A stretch of 31,049 bases of DNA from Macrostomum lignano (Eukaryota), in NCBI GenBank assembly GCA_002269645.1, contig NIVC01002478.1, positions 139,697-170,745 on the forward strand, in the 5' to 3' direction. Position numbers and translations under genes: made by a program. Under the pieces are notes generated by a model that saw only the letters and a list, made by a program, of their open reading frames with translations, did not search any database and was not told the origin of the DNA. Below, one piece after another: positions 10,101 to 20,973 of the stretch (position 1 is its first letter; every line of letters starts with the position of its first letter).

Positions 10101-13100
10101 CTAAGTAAATGTAAGCATTAGTGTATGCATATATATATGCATATAAGGCTAGCATAAATAAAGTAGAATTTTTATGGCAAAGGCCACCTTTTTGACTATA
10201 GGAGTTTATAGTAAATCCAAAGGTTTTGCAATTAAGTTCAATAAATAACCTTCAATAATGATGCATAACAACAATAGATAAGCTATTGGTTATATACATG
10301 GGGTGTCCCAAAATTTGGTGTACTTTTTTCACTATAGCCTTTTCTAACCAATCAGAAATATTTATTTTGTAGCAGTTAACAAGAGAATTATCTGCCTATT
10401 AAAATGAATTTCTATTTATTTCTGTATCTGCTGGCATTCTTGAAATATGAGCACTTTTCTGCCCCATCCCCTGTGCTACTTCTACAAATTGCCATAGACC
10501 AAAGCTTCAAGTACCTGATGCACAAAACAACAAAACATTCAATGAATCAACAAAATATCTGCAACATGAAAGCTAAGGAAAGAACAGTTAAAAGTTAATC
10601 ATCAACATTGTCCTAAGGCTTCTCCACATAGTCACCACTGTGCTATACACTTCTGCCATTGGCAATGACATCAACAATAGCATTGACAAATTCCGGAATT
10701 GCTTGACACCAATGCCAGACTGACAGTTTGTGAGATTGTGGACATGCTTGTCAGTCCAAAGTTCACTGTTCTGCACACTTCTGCCATTGGCAATGACATC
10801 AACAATAGCATTGACAAATTCAGGAATTGCTTGACACCAATGCCAGACTGACAGTTTGTGAGATTGTGGACATGCTTGTCAGTCCAAAGTTCACTGTTCT
10901 GCACACTTCTGCCATTGGCAATGACATCAACAATAGCATTGACAAATTCAGGAATTGCTTGACACCAATGCCAGACTGACAGTTTGTGAGATTGTGGACA
11001 TGCTTGTCAGTCCAAAGTTCACTGTTCTGCACACTTCTGCCATTGGCAATGACATCAACAATAGCATTGACAAATTCAGGAATTGCTTGACACCAATGCC
11101 AGACTGACAGTTTGTGAGATTGTGGACATGCTTGTCAGTCCAAATTTCACTGTTCTGCACACTTCTGCCATTGGCAATGACATCAACAATAGCATTGACA
11201 AATTCAGGAATTGCTTGACACCAATGCCAGACTGACAGTTTGTGAGATTGTGGACATGCTTGTCAGTCCAAAGTTCACTGTTCTGCACACTTCTGCCATT
11301 GGCAATGACATCAACAATAGCATTGACAAATTCAGGAATTGCTTGACACCAATGCCAGACTGACAGTTTTTGAGATTGTGGACATGCTTGTCAGTCCAAA
11401 TTTCACTGTTCTGCACACTTCTGCCATTGGCAATGACATCAACAATAGCATTGACAAATTCAGGAATTGCTTGACACCAATGCCAGACTGACAGTTTGTG
11501 AGATTGTGGACATGCTTGTCAGTCCAAAGTTCACTGTTCTGCACACTTCTGCCATTGGCAATGACATAACAATAGCATTGACAAATTCAGGAATTGCTTG
11601 ACACCAATGCCAGACTGACAGTTTGTGAGATTGTGGACATGCTTGTCAGTCCAAAGTTCACTGTTCTGCACACTTCTGCCATTGGCAATGACACCAACAA
11701 TAGCATTGACAAATTCAGGAATTGCTTGACACCAATGCCAGACTGACAGTTTGTGAGATTGTGGACATGCTTGGCAGTCCAAAATTCACTGTTCCACCAC
11801 ACGATGACTGTCAAAATCTTGGCCCACTGGGTACTGCAGCTCTGCACCTTCTGCACCATGACAATGCACATCCCCATATGGCCAAGAATATGGAAGAGAC
11901 AATCAAGCAGGCAAATTTTGAGTTGCTCTCATACCCACACCTTCTCTCCGGATTTGTCACCAGCTGACTTTTCCATCTTTCCAAAGATGAAAAAGCTGCT
12001 GCGTGGATGAATCTTTGCTTGTTGTGACTCATTAGAGCCTGGAAGCATTGAATTGCCAAGTTCTCTTTAATGAGATGCCACACTCAGATTTTACTAATGC
12101 CATTGATAACATGCATAGCCAATGGCATAAGTGTGCAGCATAGTGGTGATTATGTGGAGAAGCCTCAGGACAATGTTGATGATTAACTTTTAACTATTCT
12201 TTCCTCAGCTTTCATGTTGCAGATGTTTTGTTAAATGTTTCATTTTTTTGCGCATCAGGTACAAAGCTTTGGTCTATGGCAATTTGTAGAAGTAGCACAG
12301 GGGTGGGGCAGAAAAGTGCTCATATCTCAAGAATGCAGCAGATACAAAAATAAATAGAAAGTCATTTTAATGTGCAGATAATTCTCTTGTTAACTGCTAC
12401 AAAATAAATATTTCTGATTGGTCATAAAAGGCTGTAGTGAAGAAAGTGCACTGACTTTTGGGACACCCCTTGTACTCATAGTAGCACATTTGATAAATAG
12501 TATAATAAATTAGATTGAAAAACAATAATTGGCTGGAATATGCATATCAGCATATGCAACCCTCCAACTTTATCTCTAACCTATTGCAAAAATTATTATA
12601 ATCTTTGCAAAAAGTTAAAAGTATAGAAATCATTTTTATAGACTATAAATCAAAATATTATGATGATCAAGATCTTTATAAACTTCTATTAGTTGACACA
12701 TGACAAATCTAGCCAAACTACCTAGATGATAGATTGTTCAAGGCAGTTAGTTATATTGCAAAAGAGTCAACAAAGCACTAAAAATTAAAAAGGGTAACAT
12801 AGGATAAAATCATAAAAATAAAATTAATGATTGAATGAACAATTGAAAACATGATAAATAAAAGAAAAAAAGTTGCACAAAGCCTACTTAAAGATAGGTA
12901 TATTGTAATTCTATCTCTATGCAAAACTATTGTATAAGCTAGGCAAAATTCAAGAGGCTGCTATTTATATTTTTGAGCCTCCAACTTACAAAAATTGCAA
13001 AAGTCTAAAAGACTCAATTTTATAGATTATTCAATCAAATTTGCTAGTCATTTAGAATTCTAGAAATTCAAACAAACTTTTATTAAATATATTTTAAGTA

Positions 13101-16100
13101 AAATATAAGTTTAAAAGATATAACTTAAATTTAATTGCATTTAACTTATAAACAAAACATTTATATGCTATAAGTTGGTGTCATGTCATATGCTACATGA
13201 TACAAAACAACTACTGGGTCTTCAATACTAGTTAAAAGGTTATAATCTGAACTAATTGTTCAGAAATGCCAATAGAACCAAAATCTTTTTTGATTGATTT
13301 TCTATTTGGATTTATGCTTAGCTGAAATATCTGAGCTTTCCATGAAAAGTCAATAGGGTTAGCTACCACCCCCTTTGTGAACTCTATTCTTTATAATAAT
13401 TTAAACAGATCGCGGCCTGCTTAAACTGACCAACCTGTGCGCCAAAGTGATTGCCCAGAAGTTGCCATTCGAACTAGTGGAAACTCATCACCCACCAGTG
13501 CCGGAAGAGTTGCAGTTGAAAATCTCATTCTACTCCTTTCCGGATAGCGAAGACGATATTAGGCTATATTGCTGTCTAGCCACGGGATCTAATGAAGAGT
13601 TCACCCAAGGCGAAGAGCTCTATAGGCAGGGCGCTGTGTCCGACTGCATTCAAATTGGCTTCCAAATCTTGGCCAAAGTGTCCAAATGTCCCGGCGTTAG
13701 TAACTGCACAGCGCCAGGCTCTCAATACAAAGTGGCGCTGTCGTTCGATCGGTGCAGAATTGTCAAGTGCTCCTGCTCGTGCGGCTCCGCTAACAGAGTC
13801 TGGTGCCAGCACGTGGTGGCAGTCTGCCTACACCGGGTGAAGAATGCCAACTCTGTGCCAATGAATGCGCCGATTAGCGAGACTCTGAACACTCTGCAGC
13901 CTGTGCAACTGAGAAAGTTTGCCCAGTTTCTATTGTCGTCCCTAAATCCGACGGACATACTGCCACCTGCTCAGCAATTGTTGGATAATCTATTGTCTAA
14001 ATCTGCCGCGTTCAATGAGATTAGGGACTCGCCTGGCGCTCCAGATCCCACGGCTGGTGCTTCGCTAGCTGATATTAGCAGATGGTGAGCAGTTTGTTGC
14101 TTTTTTATCTTCTTATTGTAGCACACATTGTTATTGTAATGGATACCATGATATAAATTTTAATACGGGTCAGAAAATTAACTGTCAGTTAGATGCACCA
14201 GAATAGAACTGTCAGGCGGTGCCAGAATAGAACTGTCAGGCAGCTCCAGAATAGAACTGTCAGGCAGCTCCAGAATAGAACTGTCAGGCAGCTCCAGAAT
14301 AGAACTGTCAGGCAGCTCCAGAATAGAACTGTCAGACGGCGCCAGATTGCCAGAATAGAACTGTCAGGAGGTGCCAGAATGGAACCGTCAGGCGGTGCCA
14401 GAATAGAACTGGCAGGGGGCGCCAGAAAAGAACTGTCAGGCGGCGCCAGAAAAGAACTGTCAGGCGGCGCCAGAAAAGAACTGTCAGGCGGCGCCAGAAT
14501 AGAACTGTCAGGCGGCGCCAGAATAGAACTGTCAGGCGGTGCCAGGATAGAAGTGTCAGGCGGCGCCAGAATAGAACTGTCAGGAAGTGCCAGAATGGAA
14601 CCGTCAGGCGGTGCCAGAATAGAACTGGCAGGGGGCGCCAGAAAAGAACTGTCAGGCGGCGCCAGAATAGAACTGTCAGGCGGCGCCAGAATAGAACTGT
14701 CAGGCGGCGCCAGAATAGAACTGTCAGGCGGCGCCAGAATAAAACTGTCAGACGGCGCCAGAGTAAAACTGTCAGGCGGCGCCATGCTCAGGATAGAACT
14801 GTCACTCACTCGAAGGCGCCCATCCTCCAAGCGCCCTCACAAACAAATTTAAGACGCATTCCAACCAATTTTCAACCCACTCAGGTATGTTGACGTCCCC
14901 CGTCTGCAAGAGAACGTGAGCAATATTCTGCGCAAATTCTGCTCGCCACAGCCCGTTGTGCTGAGCGATCCGCACTATTTAAACAGCAATCAGCCGGCCC
15001 CGGTGCAGGACTATCTTAACTTGTTGAAGCCGTTGCGCAGTCGCGAGCCCGAAGGCGTCTGGAATCTTCTGCAGATCGGTCGGGAGCTACTGCGCAGGCG
15101 GGATAGCAACGCGCGAACCCTGCTGACTGGCGTCACCGACGAGGTGCTGCGCTGCGAGCCGGCTGTGCTGGCCTGGTTTGTCACCAAGCTGTTCACCGCC
15201 TTCAATCAGACTGTGCGATTTCCGGCCGCCAGCCTCAGCCCGCCGCAGATCCAGTACGCTGTGGCCTCCTTCTGCGACGAGCTGGTCAACGTCTGGCGTC
15301 TGGCCGCCATGGACCCGAGGCTGAGCCGGCGGCAGCGCTGCGGCCTTGAACAACAGCTGCGAAAATATCACGGCGAAGTGCTGGCCTTTGTGCAGAAGGC
15401 CCGCTCCGCTTCGTCTGGCGGTGAGTTGCTAGGAGCCAGCTCTCATGATCCTCAGTTGCTGGGCCACCCTCCCAGATCCCCAGTTGCTGGGCCACCCTCC
15501 CAGATCCCCAGTTGCTGGGCCTCTCAGATCCTCAGTTCCTGGGCCAGCCTCTCATGATCCTCAGTTGCTGGGCCACCCTCCCAGATCCCCAGTTGCTGGG
15601 CCTCTCAGATCCTCAGTTGCTGGGCCAGCCTCTCAGATCCTCAGTTCCTGGGCCAGCCTCTCAGATCCTCAGTTCCTGGGCCAGCCTCTCAGATCCTCAG
15701 TTCCTGGGCCAGCCTCCCAGATCCTCAGTTGCCTGGCCAGCCTCTCAGATCCTCAGTTGCTGGGCCAGCCTCCCAGAGTGTCAGTTGCTGGGCCAGCCTC
15801 CCAGATCCTCAGTTGCTGGGCCAGCCTCTCAGATCCTAGTTGCTGGGCCAGCCTCTCAGATCCTCAGTTCCTGGGCCAGCCTCCCAGATCCTCAGTTGCT
15901 GGGCGATCCTCCCAGATCCTCAAAAAATCAAACAAAACTCTTCAGCTTCCGTCAGCGTGAAGCCTCGCGACCTTGACATGTTCCCCGGCTTCAAGGCCGC
16001 CATCGAAGCCTGCCAGGTGTCCTGGGACAACTTCGACTTGCCATCCTCGTCGAACACCGCCGCCTCGTCGGTGGCGGCCGCTCAGGCAGCTGCAGCAGCT

Positions 16101-16229
16101 GCGGTGGCGGCGGCGGCAAGCGCCGGCCTGTCAATTGGCTCCGGCGGCATTGCCGGGGTCTCCGCCTACGGGCCAGGCGGCGGTCACGCCATGGGCGGTA
16201 AAAAGAGCAAGAAGCAGCCTAGAAAGCAG

Positions 16230-16272
<43 letters not shown>

Positions 16273-19200
16273 TGGCCGAGCAAAGATCTTCATCTAGCGA
16301 AGGGTTCAGCGATATGCGAGACACAGCTAGAGATGGTAAGTACAGCTACGGGTACTAAGCTTAAAGATGTAATATTGGGTTAATTTTGGTCAAATTTTAC
16401 TTCCGCTAGCAATGACTAATAGCCAGCAATTATAGTATTATGTGTATCATAAATAATTCTGTTATGATTTGACTCACTTGACTCAGCTGTAGGGCGGTCC
16501 AAAGACGCAGCGGGGAGGCGAGTGTGGCCCATTCCGCTAATCCCCACTGAGAAGCCCGCATAGGCTAGGGCGCGGGGCCCGTCAGGGAGGTCTTCGGGCC
16601 TGTCTTCGGTCTTCGGTGGGGAAACGAAGGCTCGTTTTGTAGCCCGGAGGAACCAGATGAGCCGTGGGATGTTCTCGGGCCGGCAGGCGTCGTCCAGGGA
16701 TTCGGGTTGGGCTCGAGGTGGTGGAGCCGGTCTCGTTTGAAGGCCGGGCAGTGGCAGACAAAGTGTGTTGCAGAAGGGGCAGAGTTCACTCCGAGGGACG
16801 CCTCGAAGCATACATGCGCAACCCTGGCCATGTGACTTACTTTTTGACCAAAAATGCGACTTACCTGCGAAAGAAATCCTGAAGAAAAATCGACGTAATT
16901 CTAGGTAAACGGCAGAAGTAACTATGACTGTATTATTAGGGCTAAATGCCTCGTCATCTAATTAGTAATACGTCTATTTCCGGGTGTACATTTTTGCGAC
17001 TTTTACGGTGGCCGGATCCGTTAGGTCGGCCAGCAGTTGCTCATGTATGCCTCGGAGTAAGCAGTGCCTGGCAAAGCAATGAGAGCGCGGCGGATATCTT
17101 TTCAATTTTGGGGTTCAAAAGCATTCTCCTCAACTTAAGGGACGGATTGGGCACTGCCGCTCGGGATTGGTGGGAGTCGGGAATGCCGGATATCCGCCCA
17201 GTCGTTAATCTGACGGTTAATGACCGCGGCGGGGGGGGGGCAGAGAGGCACGGGGCCAAGGAGCGAGCTGGAGCTGCCCGTCTTAGCAAGGGAGTCAGCG
17301 AGCTCACCTGTTATAATTAGCATTACTATTCTATTATACTAATTTATTTTCAGATTCTGCACTGAGCTCCTCGATTGACCCAGTCGGTCAGTTAAACGAA
17401 GTAGTCGCCGTCAACAGCCAGAAGGTGGCGTCAACGGCTGGCAGGCAGCAGCAGCAGCAAAGATCAACCCCAGAGCTACTGCTGCAGCACAATCTGCTGT
17501 TCAATCGTTGCGAAGCCCTGCACGCTCACGGCTACGCCAGGGAAGCTGGCCAATTGGCTCGCTGCTTAGCTAAAAAACTGTTATCGGATAGTGTTGCCGC
17601 CGAATATGATCGAGTATTGCGCACCAGCTCCGCTGCTCTGCTAGTCAGATTCGATGCTAATAATGCCGGCGCCAATGGTGGCGGAAAAATGCAAAAGCAG
17701 GGCAAAGGCGGCGGCAAAGCCAAGAAGCAGCAACAGCAGCAGCACAGCGTGGCTTGGTCTGATCAGCAAGCCACTACTGACGTAGCCCAGCTATACTCTG
17801 GCATGATTGGGCAGGCTATTTTTCTTAGCAACCTACTGCCAGACGAGCCAGACGGCTTGCGATTCCGCCTGTGCGTACACGTGCTGTCACTGCCCAGGGC
17901 GCCGTCTCGAATTCGGGCTCTGGAAGTTAAACTGCTTAACCAGGAGCACGAGCTCTATCAGCTGCTCAAATCGACAAGGCCGCACTCTGCGTTTAGGTTA
18001 GTTTGTTATTATTTGCGATGTGGTTTCTTGCTTCACCTGATCTCATTACGATTGGAGGAGGCCGCTTCCACTTTCTTCATTTTTTCCCATTTCTCCTTTC
18101 TTGTCCCACTTTCTTCCCATCCCCATCTTCCCATCCCCATATTCCCACTGCCGATTCCCATCTTCCCATCCCCACAATCCTACCGCCGATCCCCATCTTC
18201 CCATCCCAATCTTCTCATCCCCATATCCCCGATTCCCATCTTCCCATCCCAATCTTCTCATCCCCATATTCCCACTGCCGATTCCCATCTTCCCATCCCC
18301 ATCTTCCCATTCCAATCTTCCCATCCCCATCTTCCCATCCCCATCTTCCCATCCCCATCTTCCCATTCTAATTTTCCCATCCCCATCTTCCCATCCCCAT
18401 CTTCCCATCCCATCTTCCCATCCCCATCTTCCCATTCTAATTTTCCCATCCCCATCTTCCCATCCCCATCTTCCCATCCCATCTTCCCATTCCATCTTCC
18501 CATTCTAATTTTCCCATCCCCATCTTCCCATCCCCATCTTCCCATCCCATCTTCCCATTCCAATATTCACATTCCCATCTTCCCATCCCCATCATCCCAT
18601 CTCCGCCTTCCCATCCCCACCGTCCAGTCTCCATCTTCCCAATCCCTATACTCTCATATCCGTCCTCTCATCTTATTCCAATGCCCATATTTTCATCTCT
18701 GTCTTCCCACCATCGTTCATCTATTTCATATCCGCCCTATGCTGGGTTACCTACTGACGATTGTTGATAGTTAGGACTGCATAATAACAATATGCTATAT
18801 CTGGTAATCTTATCTACTAATCTAAAATGGCTTTAAAATTTCGCGCACAGGGAATCTCTCCGCGCCAGAGCCCGCTCTATCATCGACTTGGCTACTGGCG
18901 TCACCAAGCCGGAGCCGCGCACCACCTTGCCCATCGTGCTGGCTCAGTACATCTTCGAGGTGTTGCGCTATGGCCCGTCCGAGACGAACAGCTGGGCTTC
19001 CGCACCGCACTGGCCGCCCTGTCCATGCGGCCAAGAGTGTCCGAGCACGAGCACCCGCTGCTGGTTGAAGGCCAGCGCAGACAGAAAGACGATCTGGCCA
19101 CTATGCTAATCTGCGCCTACAAGGACGATCTCGGCCGATTGTCCGACGTCCTTGACCGGCTATTAGACAGGTCGGTGAATCCAAATTTTCGGGCGCCGCC

Positions 19201-20867
19201 GCTCAATATGTGCCTGAGCTGTTCGCATTCGCAGCTGCTCGCCTGGGCTGAAAGGGACCAGCAGCAGCAACAGCAGCAGCAATTGCAACAGCAACAGTTG
19301 TTGCAATATCAGTTGCAGCAGCAGCAGCAGCAGCAACAACAGCAGCAGCAACAAGCTGCGGCAGCGGCTGCTGCGGCTCAGACGGCGTCGTCTTCTGTTG
19401 AACCCGGCGGTCAGGCGGCTGCTTCGTCCGCGTCTGCCGGACCTGTCGACGCGGCTTCGACTTTGGTGACTTCGTCTGCCGGCTCTGCCGCGGCTGCTTC
19501 GTATTATCGGCGCTCAGTCAATAGCAGCAGTGCAGGCCAGGCTGCTGATGAGGGAGCTGACAGCAGCAGCGCTCTGGACGACGATTCAGAGGCGAGTGAT
19601 GGGCGTTGATAGAGAGAGAGGATTGGAAATGGAAAAAAGATGTTACGGAAGAGGGAAGAGGTACAGAAGAAGTGATGGGAGAGGATAGGAGAGAGTGACG
19701 GGAGAGGACAGAGTGAGTGACGGGCGAGGGCAGAGGGAGTGACGGGAGAGGACAGAGGGAGTGACGGGAGAGGACAGAGGGAGTGTCGGGAGAGGACAGA
19801 GTGAGTGACGGGAGAGGACAGAGTGAGTGACGGGCGAGGGCAGAGGGAGTGACGGGAGAGGACAGAGGGAGTGACGGGAGAGGACAGAGTGAGTGACGGG
19901 CGAGGGCAGAGTGGGTGAAGGGAGAGGACGGAGGGAGTGACGGGCGAGGGCAGAGTGGGTGAAGGGAGAGGACGGAGGGAGTGACGGGCGAGGGCAGAGT
20001 GGGTGAAGGGAGAGGACGGAGGGAGTGACGGGCGAGGGCAGAGTGGGTGAAGGGAGAGGACAGAGGGAGTGACGGGCGAGGGCAGAGTGGGTGAAGGGAG
20101 AGGACAGAGGGAGTGACGGGCGAGGGCAGAGTGGGTGAAGGGAGAGGACAGAGGGAGTGACGGGCGAGGGCAGAGTGGGTGAAGGGAGAGGACGGAGGGA
20201 GTGACGGGCGAGGGCAGAGTGGGTGAAGGGAGAGGACGGAGGGAGTGACGGGCGATGGCAGAGTGGGTGAAGGGAGAGGACAGAGGGAGTGACGGGCGAG
20301 GGCAGAGTGGGTGAAGGGAGAGGACGGAGGGAGTGACGGGCGAGGGCAGAGTGGGTGAAGGGAGAGGACGGAGGGAGTGACGGGCGAGGGCAGAGTGGGT
20401 GAAGGGAGAGGACGGAGGGAGTGACGAAGCTTCTGACAAAGCAAATCGCGCAACTCTCTGCTCATTCCAGATGGACACAAAGCTGCGCTGCATGCGTTTC
20501 AAAGCCACGGTGCCGCCGCGCGGCCGCTGCACACTGGACAGCTCCGCCCCGGAGACCACTTCGTCGGATAATAGTCCGACTATGCATAGGAGATGCACGA
20601 CTAGCGGTGGAGCTGTAGGCGGCAGGCAGCCGCAGCAGCAGCAGCAGCAACAACACAAGACTGTGCAGCGCGTTGACTCGGATTGTCAGAGCTCCGATTC
20701 TGACAGCTTGTCGTTGCGTCAGACTCAGCAGCAGTCGCAGCAGCAGGCCCAGCAGCAGCAGCAACAGCAGAAGCATCAATATGGCAGCGGGCAGCTTCGG
20801 GCAACTAACAACAGGTATTATTATTAGGCAGTGTTTACTTCTATAGTTATCTTTATCGACAGCTTTA

Positions 20868-20910
<43 letters not shown>

Positions 20911-20912
20911 GC

Positions 20913-20973
<61 letters not shown>

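Larger units (their letters stand above)
10297..12472 (+). mobile_element. Rearranged (fold-back) mariner derivative with inverted repeats of about 380 bp
   Basis: TA-flanked ends CAWGGGGTGTCCCAAAA. Region 10297-10684 is the reverse complement of 12096-12472. Transposase remnants lie between. Confidence 0.92.

Noticed and set aside
10588-11782. Series of near-identical 62-83-aa ORFs, or a CRISPR-like array
   Set aside because: These are identical 128-bp units with no unique spacers, in a eukaryotic context, and derive from mariner sequence.
14189-14852. 213-219-aa ORFs on both strands with 8-aa repeats
   Set aside because: They are translations of the stop-free 24-bp intronic minisatellite, and the flanking splice sites join exons 2 and 3 in frame.
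17997-18774. Read-through ORF encoding a Pro/His/Ile/Ser-rich tail (end of the 449-aa ORF)
   Set aside because: The openness is explained by the G-poor repeat composition, and ZSWIM8 homology resumes only at 18851.
19504-20658. 320-384-aa minus-strand repetitive ORFs
   Set aside because: Antisense translations of the 22/44-bp array.
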